This document shows, piece by piece, positions 39,109 through 53,300 of a stretch of DNA of 64,000 bases (within the stretch, counting starts at the first letter, position 1; every line of letters starts with the position of its first letter). The DNA is from Eledone cirrhosa (taxonomy: Eukaryota). A model generated the notes under the pieces. That model saw only the letters and a program-made list of their open reading frames with translations. It was not told the origin of the DNA and searched no databases. Position numbers and translations under genes: made by a program. The DNA lies in the NCBI GenBank assembly GCA_964016885.1, contig OZ024760.1, positions 4,650,001 through 4,714,000 on the forward strand, read 5' to 3'.

Positions 39109-42100
39109 CAGTTGTCCCCCAGTATTCTCAGGGGTTATGTTCCTAGAGCACCCGCAAAGAGTGAAAAACAGCAAATATTGGACGTGATCCATAAAAATGC
39201 CTATAAATGTCAAAACATAACATAAAATATAGGCTGGCAAATATGGTATATTGTTATTTATAATTTAGCATTAAAAAACGTGAAAAAATATATATTGCCA
39301 CAAAAAAAGCCATAAAAAAATCGCAGAAGATATGATTCCACAAATATGTGGTGGCTTCCACATTAGTTACGTTCTAAGGAAAATTCCATGAATAACTGGG
39401 GCTACAAATGCCTGGTGTACACTGTATGTATGTATATACATGCACATACACATAAACGCGCGCACATGTACGTATACCAGGCATAACACATATGAACGTA
39501 TGGTTTTATATATTTTTATATATATATTATCCTTATCGAGCCCTCTTCAGATTTTAGTCTTCACATTTATCATTATTACTATATATATATAAACTAGTCT
39601 GTGTACAAATATAATATGCTGCTGCAGCATAAAAAGAAGGCTTATAGCTTACAACAGACCCCAAAATGCCGCCCCCATAAAAGTGTTACCTGGACCGGAC
39701 CGCGCCTCCACCACCACAAGCTACACTACTGCTTCCATCTCTTATCCTTTCTCTCCCTCCTCCCCAGCCCCTGTGCCTTCCCCTTCCTCACCCCCACTTT
39801 CTTACATTCTAATAAACTCCATATTCTTCTACAGGCAGGTGTCAGAAATTACAGGTCTACGAAAGGTGACAAGGTTTGTCGACATGGAACCATACCCAGG
39901 TAAATGTCTTCAGTAGTTTTGTTTATTTATTTATTTATTTATTATTTGAAATCATAATTGCCACACTGCAGATTAATTATAATAATAGTTCAATAAAATT
40001 GGGTATATTAAAAACTAGATTAGAGACATCTGCAAGTGTTTTCACTTTTTTCCATATCCAAGAATACTTGACCCAATTTTATTCAACTATTATCTATAGC
40101 TATCTGCAGTGTAGCAACTAAGTGTATCAAGTTTTGTTTATTTATTATTTATTATTTTGTTGTTGTTGGGGGAGATTTGGCTGCTATTCCTTGCAAGTCA
40201 AACAACCATATAGAAGCTCGTTGTTGTTGGTAGTGGTAGTAGTGTTAATGATAGTGGTAGTGGCAGTGTTGTTGTTATTGGTGTTGTTGGTGGTGGTGGT
40301 GGTGGAAATGGTAGTGTTATTGTTGTAGTTGTTGGTGCTAGTAGTAGCAGTATTAGTGGTGGTGGTGGCAGGGTAGTAGTAGTGTGGTGGTGGTGGTGAC
40401 AGGGTAGTAGTAGTAACTTTGTGACTGTATTATTTTACTTTGTGAAATTCTATAAATATCATTTAACGTTTGATTTCAGAACTAAACAATGAACTATAAA
40501 GTTGTTAAACTAGCAACAGTTAACAGTAACAGTATAACATGAATCTGGAAAAGGACATTAACCCTTTAGCATTTAAACCAGCTGTATCCGGCAGAATTCT
40601 TTCAACTTTTTCTTTTCAAACCGGCTGTAACTGGCCGCTCATACCTATGTTAAGGTATTATTCTCAAAATAAATAATATCAAAATCTCATAGATTTGATA
40701 TTGTGTGAGGTAAAGCCTTTACCACAAAAATAGAGTATGGTAAAGGGTTAATGTTTCTCTTCAGAACCAAACAATGAATTATAAAGTTGTTAAACTAGCA
40801 ACAGTTAACAGCAACAGTATAACATGAATCTGGAAAAGGACATTAACCCTTTAGCATTTAAATATAATAGTAAATATAGAGTAATGTAAATGGTAAAGGG
40901 TTAAATAATGATGATAACACTAATATTTGAAGTGATAATTATGAATGTGAAGCCATATGGCCTAATGGTTATGATGCTGGTTGTATGATCATAATTGTTT
41001 CTACGTTTGGCACAAGGCCAGCAATTGCCCAGTGTATTACTGGTACTTTATTTTATCGACCCCGTAAGGATGAAAGGCAAAGTTAACCTCGGCGGGATTT
41101 GAACTCAGAATGACAAGGGCCGTAACTCTATGCGTCAAAGCATGGCGTCCGACCCTCTACCGATACTGCCAATCCATCGCCCTTGTATGATCATAATGTC
41201 ATTGGTTCAATTCTTGGGCAGGGTGTTGCATTGTGTTCTTGGACAAAACACTTTATTTCACATTGTTCCAGTATACTCAGCTGAGAGTGAGTACCAGCCA
41301 GCAGTAGCTGGGGAGTTAAATTTGCAATAGACTGGCATCCTATCCAGGGAGAGTCTTGTACTCTCTGTCACTAAATGCCAAGGAAACGAGGGAAAGGCCC
41401 TGGCCTGATGAGCATTTTGTTTAGAAAATACTTTAACTCTGCAATGGATAGGTGTCCTGAACAGGGGAGAGTCTTGTATTCTCAATCGCTTAATGCCAAG
41501 GACTCTGGGGACAAAAACTGGTCTGATGAGCTTTTGACTTTGAACAGACTTTAACTTCATCTAATAATTGTTCCTACTTAAGGCACAAGGCCAGAAATTT
41601 GAAAGGGAAGGGAAAGTCAATTAAATTGATCCCAGTACATTACTGGTGCTTTATTTTATTGACTCCATAAAGATGAAAGGCAAAGCTGACCTCTGCCGGA
41701 TTTGAACTCGAACATAAAGGGCCATAACTCTATGCTGCAAAGGATGTTGTCCGATACTGCCAATCCATCGCCCTTCATCTAATAATGACAACAGTATCAA
41801 TGACTCATCTCTCATCTCCTCTCTCTCTCTCTTGGCAGCATTCTGGCAAAACATCAAAGAGCACCTGACCAAACATGAGGTACAACGCTTCCTGCTGCTG
41901 AAGAGCGTCAACACAGACACGGGACGAGGTCGCGCCTGGCTGCGTGCCTCCCTCAATGAGCGTAGTCTGGAGCGTTACATGCACATGATCATTGAGAAAG
42001 ATGACATTCTAAGGTAAACACTTTAGAATAATTATTGATTGGGTGAATGATTGATTTTAGGTTGGTTCAGTGCGGTTACATGTTATTTCCTATTTGGGGT

Positions 42101-42141
42101 GTCTATATAGATATACAGTCATTCTGTCTGCCTCTGTGTGT

Positions 42142-42182
<41 letters not shown>

Positions 42183-42237
42183 GTATTTATATATATGTAT
42201 ATATCATCACCATTTACCATCCATCTTCCTCGCTAGC

Positions 42238-42290
<53 letters not shown>

Positions 42291-45200
42291 CACAGTTCGA
42301 TATACAGTCCTGTACGAGCGAGACACGGTCACCCAATCAGTCTTGCCTCAAGTGGGACAATTCCCGTCTAACCCATGCTAGCATGGAAGATAGACATTAA
42401 ACGATGATGATGATAATGCACAAACACATGTACATACTCACACACACAGTATAACTGTAAACACAATCAGCCTATCTATTTACACAACCTCTCTCTATAT
42501 ATATCACAGCTTGTTTATATATACAACTTCTCTATATATATATATACCACTCTATATATATATATATACAACTTCTCTATATATATATACCACTCTATAT
42601 ATATATATATATATAAAATTTCTCTATATATACAGCCTGTCTATATATACAACCTCTATCTATATATATATACAACCTCTCTATATATATACAACCTCTC
42701 TCTATATATAAAACCTCTATATATATATACAACCTCTCTATATAAACAACCTCCTCTCTCTCTATATATATACAACCTCTCTATATATACAACCTCCTCT
42801 CTATATATACAAGCTCTCTGTATATACAACCTGTCTATATACAAGTTTTCCCTTTTTATCTTCCAGTCAATATTATGAAGACTGGTCGTTTCTTCGAGAT
42901 CAAGAACGAAGCAGTATGTTACCCAATATGGCAGCTGGTGAGCTACATTTTATTATTATCATGGTAGAATTGGTAGAGCATCAGATAAAATGTCATGAGG
43001 ATATTTGTTCCAGCTCTTTACCTGCTGAAGTCAACTTTACCTTTTTGGGGTCAATAAAATAAGGTTCCAATCAAGTACTTGAGTCAATTTAATTGACTTT
43101 CCCCTTCTTTAAAATTACTAGTCTTGTACCTAAAGTATGGTGTCCCTATATATGATGTCCCTACCAGGAGCAGAGCTCCAGACGGTCCGCTGCCAAGGAT
43201 TTTCGAATCACATAAGCCCCCATTACCCCCACCCCACTCACTATGGCAAGGCCTGCCCCAAATGGGGGAGATTTTTTTACATTATATTCCAAATGCCAAT
43301 GTAATTATGAGAATGTTAGTTATTTTACAAAGTCCTTCCAAATTCCAGATTGTTTTCAAAATGATTTAATCTGTTGACTGCCGCACATATTTTACACAGC
43401 TACAGTTGCTGTGCTGGGGTTTTCCTTTTCAGTAAAATGACTATTTTCTTAAACAAACATTTATTAACAACACATATCTGAATGATTGACAAACATCACA
43501 TCAATAAACTAGTAACTCCATCTAGCTTTGAAGTTATGAATTATTGGAAATGATTTCATAACTTTGAAGTTATGAACTGTTGGAAACGGTTTCATAACTT
43601 TGAAGTTATGAACTGTTGGAAACGATTTCATAACTTTGAAGTTATGAATTATTGGAAATGATTTCATAACTTTGAAGTTATGAATTATTGGAAATGATTT
43701 CATAACTTTGAAGTTATGAACTGTTGGAAACGATTTCATAACTTTGAAGTTATGAATTATTGGAAATGATTTCATAACTTTGAAGTTATGAATTATTGGA
43801 AATGATTTCATAACTTTGAAGTTATGAATTATTGGAAATGATTTCATAACTTTGAAGTTATGAACTGTTGGAAACGATTTCATAACTTTGAAGTTATGAA
43901 TTATTGGAAACGATTTCATAACTTTGAAGTTATGAATTATTGGAAATGATTTCATAACTTTGAAGTTATGAACTGTTGGAAACGATTTCATAACTTTGAA
44001 GTTATGAATTATTGGAAATGATTTCATAACTTTGAAGTTATGAATTATTGGAAATGATTTCATAACTTTGAAGTTATGAACTGTTGGAAACGATTTCATA
44101 ACTTTGAAGTTATGAACTGTTGAAAACGATTTCATAACTTTGAAGTTATGAACTGTTGGAAAAGAGTTCAAACATGTTAAGACAAGTTATCTCGTCTATG
44201 GCACTGAAGAGGTTAAAAATCATAGTCTTTCATTAGAAATTTTGTAATGAAAGTATGTTGATAATATTTTGTATTATTTGCAGGGCTTGGTTCAATATTG
44301 TTTGCCTTGATAATTGACAATCCTGAAATTAATTCGCCCCTGAATTCTGGGATACCTCAAGCAATCACCGAGGAGAAGGTGAGACCTGAGAATAAAGCAG
44401 ACATTAAACCAATCATATCAACCAATAAACCAACAGTTACTGGTAAGATTCTTGTACATATTTCTTATGATTGACTTCTCACCACCACCATCACAATGTT
44501 ATCTTAATTGTAATTAACCCCACCACTGCCAACATGTCATGGTACTGTAGTTCTGATTACCTCCACCACATTATATTACTCTATTGTTGATTGCCTCATT
44601 GCCTTCACCATCATCATCATCAATATCAGTATCATCATTATCACCATTTACACCATCCTCCTCTTCATCATTATCATCACCATCACCACCACCACCACCA
44701 TCCTCATTATCATCCCCTTCACCATCATCATTATCACTATCATCATTATCATCTACTACACCATCCTCCTATTTATCATCATCACCATCATCCTCATCAC
44801 CACTATCATCATCATCATCATCATTATCATTATCACCATCATCCTCATCACCACCATCATCATCTTCATCGTCATCTAATTTACAATTCCAGAAAGAAAA
44901 CGAGACCGAAAGAAAAAGAAGAAGCTGCCTAACATAGTTACCTTTAGTGATGAAGATGATCCCATTAGTTCTATCAGCTCTTCTCCTTGTTCAATACAAA
45001 ATGACTCCTTTGACCTCCCCGCTAGATCTAGTTTGGACTCTCCCAGTTACTTAACCGGTAAAGACAGGCTGCAGATGAATGGCTTCGGACAGCCGGACTC
45101 GACAATCACACACACGATTGGTGCAACCCCAGGCCTCGATGGATTAACGGAAGACAAATCAAGTCCAAAATCTTGTGGAAGGACCAGTAACAGCAGTAGC

Positions 45201-48200
45201 AGCAGCCAGAACAAGGACGGTTCATCGGTAGAGAAGTCGAAAACATCTTCGCCGTATCGAGGCGGTGAAGGTTGTCTTGAGTTCAAATTTGGCAGGAAGC
45301 CTCTCCTGAGGTCCACAGATTCCCAGTCCTCTTTTATGTCTGACGATATGGGGATTGATGATAACTTTTCAGCCCCAGCTCCAACGATTCACAGAAGACT
45401 CAGTCAGGGATCAGGCAGTTCCCTAGAGTTGGATGGCAAGTGAGTTCTGGCATTTTTTTGTTATCAATCTTTCTCTCTCCCTAAATTTATATGTGTGTGT
45501 GTGTGTGTGTGCGTGTCTGTCTGTGTGCATGTCTGTGTGTGTGTGGACAATTCACAGAAAATTCACTCAGAATTCTGACAGTTTCCGAGAAATGGACAAC
45601 AAATGAGTTCTGGCATTCTTTAGCAATCTCTCTATCTTCCTAAATCTATATGTGTGTGTATGTATGTCTCTGTGTGTATGTATGTGTCTGTATGTGTGTG
45701 CATGTCTGTGTGTGTATGTGTGGACAATTCACAGAAAATTCAGTCAGAATTCTGACAGTTCCCTAAAAATAGATGGCAAGTGAGTTCTGGTATCAATCTT
45801 TCTATCTTTCTAAATGTGTGTGTGTGTTAGTCATAGGTGTGGGTGAAATAGCTATATTCAGTTTACCAAACCAACATCACCCAGGATCATCATCATCATC
45901 ATCATCATCATACATCTGCCTTCCATGCTGGCGTTGATTGGATGGGTCGTTCTGGTCTATGATGGTAATGAATATAATCCCATTAGTCCCATCAGTTCTT
46001 TCTCTTGTTTAATACAGAATGACTCATTTGTACTTTCCCAGTGACTTGATCAGCAAAGACAGGCTGCAAGCGAATGACTTCGGACAGTCAAACTCGACAA
46101 TCACACATGATCGGTGCAACACAAGGCCTCGACTGCTAAGACTTTGCCCTATTGTCTGGATATCCCCTCACCAATCTCCTGGCTCTCATTTCCTCCTCTA
46201 TCATCTTTAGCCATGTCTTCCTTGGTCTTCTCTTTCCTCTAATAGGGCAAAGTCTGAGATGTGCATGTATGCATGTGATTATGGTCTTGATCCCTTGGCA
46301 ATCATTAGGTCCCAGGTTCAATCCTACTGCTCTGGACTGGTACCTCACTTTATTGACCTTGAAATGATGAGTGTCAAGCACAGTAAACTCAAACAAATAC
46401 CACAAGATATTTTGCTATCGCTCTACCGATTCTGTCAACAACGGTGTATGCTGCATGTGTAAGAAGTGTCATGATTTATGGAAGCAAGACATGAATGATG
46501 AACATACTGGCCTTGTGCCTAGATAAGAAATTATTGTTATTCTTCATAATCTAACAATAATTGTTTCTATTTTAGGCACAAGGCCATCAATTACCCAGTA
46601 CATTACTGGTACTTTATTTTATCGACCCCGTAAGGATGAAAGGCAAAGTTAACCTCGGCGGGATTTGAACACAAACCGTAAAGGGACGTAACTATGCTAG
46701 AAAGCATGGCGTCCAACCCTCTACCGATACTGCCAATACACCATCCTTCATAATCTAACAATAATGATTTCTACTATAGGCACAAGGCCAGCAATTTGGG
46801 GAGAGGGTAAAGTTGATTAAATCAACCCCAGTCCATTAATAAGAGGATAAAGATCCCATAACTCCTTGTGGAGTCATAGAGGCACCATCATACAGCGTAT
46901 CTAGGGCACTTTTAAACTTGGTGGAGCCCAACCCTTTCCAGGTCTGAACACAGCCGCTTTTTTCTATAGAGAAAGAATCGGCCCCAGTAATGGACTGGTA
47001 CTTTATTTATCAACCTCGAAAGGATGAAAGGCAAAGTTGACCACAGTAGGATTTGAACTGAGAGCGTGCAATGAGCTGGGACTAATACCGTAAAGCATTC
47101 TACCCGACATCTTAACTTCGCCCAGTGCATTATTGGTGCTTTATTTTATCGACTCTATACAGATGAAACACAAAGCTAACCTCGGTGGGATTTGAACTCA
47201 GAATGCAAAGGGCCATAACTCTGTCACAATGTATAGTATCCAACACTCTACAGATACTGCCAATCTGCCGCCCGTAATTTAACAATAATGTTGTTGTTGT
47301 TGTTTCAGCTACTGTAAAGACCTACTGATTCCTGTCACACTTGCTGGAGTTTGTCCAAATACAAATAAAGAACATTCTAGTCAACAAGGTGAGCCATATT
47401 GCTGATTTTTTTCTTGTATCAATTTCATATGTACCAATTGTACAAGACGTGTGAGAGAGTGATGTGTGAGCATTATTAACCCTCTAGTATTTACATTACT
47501 CTATATTTACTATTATATTTTCACGGTAAACACTTTATATCACATAATATCAAATCTATATTTATTTTAAGAACAATACCTTAACAGCAGTATGAGCAGC
47601 AGGTTATGGCCAGTTTCAACTGAAAGAGGTGAGAGATTCTGGCTGGATATGGCTGGTTTAAATGCTAAAGGGTTAACCTTCTGGAGGCTCCAGGCGCATT
47701 ATGTCACCAATAGAGTAATCTCTCTTTACTAGAAAATACAATGTCAAGGGAGGCAATTTATAAAATATTCTAGCGTGCTAAAGGTTAATGTCAGTATGAG
47801 TGGCCAATTATGGTCAGTTTGAACAGAAAGAGGTGAGAGAATTCTGACCATATATGGCCGGTTTAAATGCTAAAGGGTTAACCCATTTGTCTTCAGACTG
47901 CTATCTGGCCCTACCCTAATATGTCATCCGTTTCGTGGTTCTGGCTGACAGGACGGTGAAAACATTGTCCCGAAGGATAGCAAGGGAGACGCGCTGGAAC
48001 AGCCGCGCCACCTCGCGAGACTTACACCTGCGAGCAGCCAACTCTGCTCCATGTAGAAACATCTTTCTCTCTCTCTCTCTCTCTCTCTTTCGCTCTTTCT
48101 TTCTCTCCCTTTCTCTCTCTCTCTTCCACTCTTTCCCTCTTACATTCCCTTCCCTTCCTCTCTTTCTTTCTCTCTCCCTTTCTCCCTCTCTTTCTTTCTC

Positions 48201-50320
48201 TCCTCCCTTTCTCGCTCTCTTTCCCTGTCTCCCTCTCTTTCATTTCCTTCCCTCTTTCTCTCTCTTTCTCACTTTCCCCCCCTTCCTTAACTCCCCTTTT
48301 CTCTCTTGCCTTTCCTTGTCCCTCTCTTTCCATCCCTTTACTATACACTAAATACTCTATGTTAATCTTTGTCTTGTTTTTCTCCCCTTCCTCCCCCTCT
48401 AGCTAACCCCAGTGAGTATAAACTATATTCCAGTTCTGATGTGGAGTCTGCAGCCTTTGCATTAGTCCAGGCACAGAAGAGCAACAACAACAGCAACAAC
48501 AACAGCAGCAGTGGTTGTAGTAGTGCTAGTAGCAGCAGTAGTAGCAACATCAACAACAACTGGTGGGTACACAACATACCATCATTAACACCACTATCAT
48601 CATCATCATCACCACCACCACCATCATCACCACTACCACCATCATCATTATCATCACCACCATCACCACCCCCATCATCATCAACACCATCATCATCACC
48701 ATCATCACCACCACCATCATCATTACCACCATCATCTGATTCCTCTTAAACCCAGTTTCTCCCTCAGTTCATCCAAGCTCTGCCTTTCATATTAGTTAAT
48801 ACTACTTCTATATGTGAAGGCGCATGGTTTAGTGGTAGAGCATTGGGCTTATCGGTCAACCTTGGTGGCATGGAGAGGGGAGGTTGGCATGCATGGGTCA
48901 CTGCTGGTCTTCCACAAACAACCTTGCCCGGACTTGTGTCTAGGAGGAGAACTTTCTAGGTGCAAATCCCATGGTCATTTGTGACCATCATCATTTCATG
49001 TGCACTTTCTCTGTTAGCAAAGGTTAGACAAGTTATTGCTATACTCAAGCAAAGCTTCTGACTACGCAGATGGACTGAGGGGACCTGTGTCTTGTTCCTA
49101 GACTTTACCGAGTGTTCAAACAAATACGGGCCCTCAACTCACTTACATGTGTTTCTACCTTCTACCAAGTACATATTATGACACCAACATTAGGGAGGTT
49201 GTCATGTCTTTGACATAGCTGAAGACTCCTCCCAACTCTTGGTTTGGCAGGGTTTTTTATGGTTGGGTATCCTTTCTATCATCAAGAACTTTACAGGTTG
49301 TACTAGGTGCATTTATCATGTAGATGACCAACACTAGGGAGTTTGTCATATCTTTCACATAGCTGAAAAATCCTCCCAACCTTACTAATATCATATACTT
49401 GTTGTTGTCAATTTTGTCATGCCTGTTGTTGTTGTTAACATTGTTGATGTTGTCATCATGCCTATTGTTGTCACTGTTTGTTGTTGTTGTTGTTCTCACT
49501 GTAGTTTGTCAACGCCCATCATGGATGTCATTATTTATATTAGTTATAAGGGCGGTGGATTGGCAGTATCGGTAGAGGGTCGGATGCCATGCTTTGCAGC
49601 ATAGAGTTACTACGGCCATTTGTGATCTGAGCTCAAATCCCCCCCTTACGGGGTTGATTTAATCAACTTTCCCGTCCCCAAAAATTGCTGGCCTAATGCC
49701 TATATAAGAAGCCATTATTAGAGGTTTACTTTGCCTTTCATCCTTGTGGGGTCGATAAAATAAAGTACCAGTAATACACTGGGGTAATTGCTAGCCTTGT
49801 GCCAAAAGTAGAAACAATTATTATTAGTTATAATTTTATTTTGTTCTTTTATCCATTTATTCCATGTGTAGTCAACATTACAGGACTGAAGGTGATGGTG
49901 GGAATGTACAACAGGATACCCATAATGAAATGACCACAAGTAAGTCTAAAGTTTCCCCTAATTTTATTGTTTTTCTACATACACATATGCATGAATATAT
50001 TGGATCGTCAAGTTATGAAATTTGTAGAAAAAAAAACAAATTTCTACAAATTTTATACTTGACGACCCAATATATATATATATACGATATTAATAAATGT
50101 AAACTATATTTATAAAACCATATTTATTTCATTATACATATTTCAGGGATACCAAATTAAATTATGGTATGCCTTCATCAGACAAAATACAATATATAAC
50201 AGTTTTACAAATAAGCTTTGACGTACCCTTTTAAAATGCAACCATTGTTTTTGTCGAGTGCTTTATATCAGTTATAAAAATATTTACTTGTTGTATCCCA
50301 ACAATTTTAAATAGAACTTT

Positions 50321-50370
<50 letters not shown>

Positions 50371-53300
50371 AAAGGTAAACAGAATTAAGAACACAATCAG
50401 TACAGTATATGGAAGGGATATATTAGGTTAACGCTTGATATAGCAGGAAGAGGGTCTTAACGTTTCGGACGCTAGTCCTTCATCGGAAGAAAGAATGAGA
50501 AATAAGATAGATTGAGAGGACGGGCGGGTTGGAATTGGAAAAAATGTCTTTATATATATATGAAAGGTATAGAAATTGTTGTAGCGAGAAGCTAACAGTA
50601 TTCCATAACATATGTGCGACTATAGCGTCAAGATGGGAAAAATAGTTAACGTAAGATGTAGGAAAATAATTCAAACTCATCTCAAAAGAGAATCAGGATA
50701 TAAATTCATCCACAGAATTTAGTGAAATCCAGTGAAAAATCAATAGAGCCTTAACTCATGATAAAATAAAGTCTAAAATACTTACCCTTCAATTTGGAAA
50801 AACATCAAATGCTCTGTATAGTCTTAAAGACTATTTCATGAAAACTTTCAGTGAAGATAGTCACAGTTGGATTTCAATCGTCAGCAGAGCTCAACCAGAT
50901 AACCAGGACTCTCACAGATTTATAAGCCAAAAAGGGAATTTTAAAACTGGCTGGTTCACCATCATGCGTGATTATGAAAAACGCACATGAGGAAAAGGCT
51001 AGTGACGTCAGAATGAAGCGAGTGTTTGTTTACAAGAAATAACAGTCAAATACATTCCGAAAAAAACTGTGCAAAAGGAGTTTAGCAAAAAAAAGCAATA
51101 TTATCGCAGTTTTTATTAAAAAAAACGGGATTAGTCACAAATAATTTAAGCACTCTAGGAAAAAAAATCCGAGTATAAATATATAAATGAAAGGTATAGA
51201 AATTGTTGTAGCGAGAAGCTAACAGTATTCCATAACATATGTGCGACTATAGCGTCAAGATGGGAAAAATAGTTAACGTAAGATGTAGGAAAAATAATTC
51301 AAACTCATCTCAAAAGAGAATCAGGATATAAATTCATCCACAGAATTTAGTGAAATCCGGGGAAAAATCAATAGAGCCTTAACTCATGATAAAATAAAGT
51401 CTAAAATACTTATCCTTCAATTTGGAAAAACATCAAATGCTCTGTATAATCTTAAAGACTATTTCATGAAAAGTTTTATGTATATATATATATGTGTGTA
51501 TATATATATATATATTTCATTCGCTTAACGAGTGGGATGGTGGTCGTCAAATTGGACCAAGGAAACAATGTTTCCATTGGTCTTTCTAATGCTAATGCAA
51601 TTCTGTCACAACACATAAAGAGAGAGGAGTAGTTTGACTACCTCATACTACTCTTCTCTCTTTGCGTCTACTGCCTGCGTGAATGTGTGTGTGTGTAAAA
51701 GGAAGGAAGGGGGTGGTGGAAAAACTCTAGTAAAATAACAGCTGGCGTTCCATTTGTTATGCTGTGTATATGTGTTAGTGTGAATGTTTGTATGTGTTTG
51801 TGTCACGGTATGTGTGTGTTTGTGTGAATATATGTGTGTGTTTGTGTGAAGGTATGTCTGAGTGTATTTTTGTAACTTTGTCTGTGTTTGCATGTTTATA
51901 TTCATATATTCACACATATACAAGTATGCATATGCACATCCACACACATATACACATACACGTCAGCATGTTGAAAAAAATCCTAATTCTGTATATGTGT
52001 AATTTGAAAGAGTTACAGACGGGACAAATATATATAAATAAATATACAAACACACCTGACTTATTATTATAGTTGATTCATTTGATCTATTTTGTTCTAC
52101 TTACAGGTGAGCTAAAGAAAGCCATTGTGACAATGATGGTTCGTAAAGATCACGTGGAAGAACAGAACAGGTTTTGACATTTAGATTTTGTATTTTAGTT
52201 ATTGTTGTTACTACTGCTGTGTTGCTGTTGGTGGTGTTGTTGTCTTTGTTGTTGTTGTGCTTGTCATTGTTATTGTTGTTACTATTGCTGTTAGTGGTGT
52301 TACTGCTGCTGTCTTTGCTGTTGGTGGTGTTACTGCTGTTGTTGTTGCTGTTGAAGGTGTTACTGCTGTTGTTGTGTTTGTCACTGTTGTGTTTGTCATC
52401 ATTATTGTTGTTACTGCTCTTTACGAACTGAGTTCAAATCCCTCCGAGGTTGACTTTGCCTTTCATCCTTACGGGGTCGATAAAATAAAGTACCAGTAAT
52501 GCACTGGGTAATTGCTGGCCTTGTGCCTAAAGTAGAAACAATTATTGTTGTTACTGCTGCTGTTGTTTCTGTTGTTGTTGTTGTGTGTGTTTGTGTGAAG
52601 GTATATATGTGTGTTTGTGTGAAGGTATATATGTGTGTTTGTGTGAAGGTATGTGCGTGTGTTTGTGTGAATATATGTCTGAGTATGTATTTTTGTAAGT
52701 GTGTCTTGTGTTTGCACGTTTATATACGTTTATACACACGTTTATACACTCATACATATAAATGTATGCATATGCACATACACACACATATACACATATA
52801 CACATATACACATATGCGTTATTGTATGGAAAAAAATTCTAATTTTCAAAATTAATTGAAGCACATTTTCAATACATATTTGTGTGTGTGTGTTGTTACA
52901 ATATGAAGGTTAGCTGTAACGTTCATAGGCTGAACAAGATACTCTCATGGAATGACCAAGTGAGGTTTATGTTTCAACATAGTCCCTGGAAAGAAACAAT
53001 GCAGTTATTATATAAACAAGAAGAGTTGAAATTGATGCATGCAAGATTTCAATCCTTCATGGTCAGCCTATGAACTTTTCAACTGACCCTCCTATATTGA
53101 CTCCCTCTCTCTATATCATCATCATTCATCATCATTTCATTTTACGCCCGCTTTTCCCTGCTTGCAAGGGTGGGACGGGAACAGATTCTGGCTTGATTTC
53201 TACAGCTGGATGCCCTTCCTAACACCAACCTCATTTACAGTGAGTGCTGTGTGCTTTTTTGCTGTGGCACCTCCACAACCACTTTGCAGTGGAATGATAG

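Noticed and set aside
41400-41550. CTGATGAG motifs as hammerheads
   Set aside because: Part of duplicated SINE 3' segments; no matching GAAA or stems
43509-44171. 220-aa ORF of [12 protein letters not shown] repeats
   Set aside because: Translation of a 36-bp array inside a MITE, antisense within an SNX29 intron
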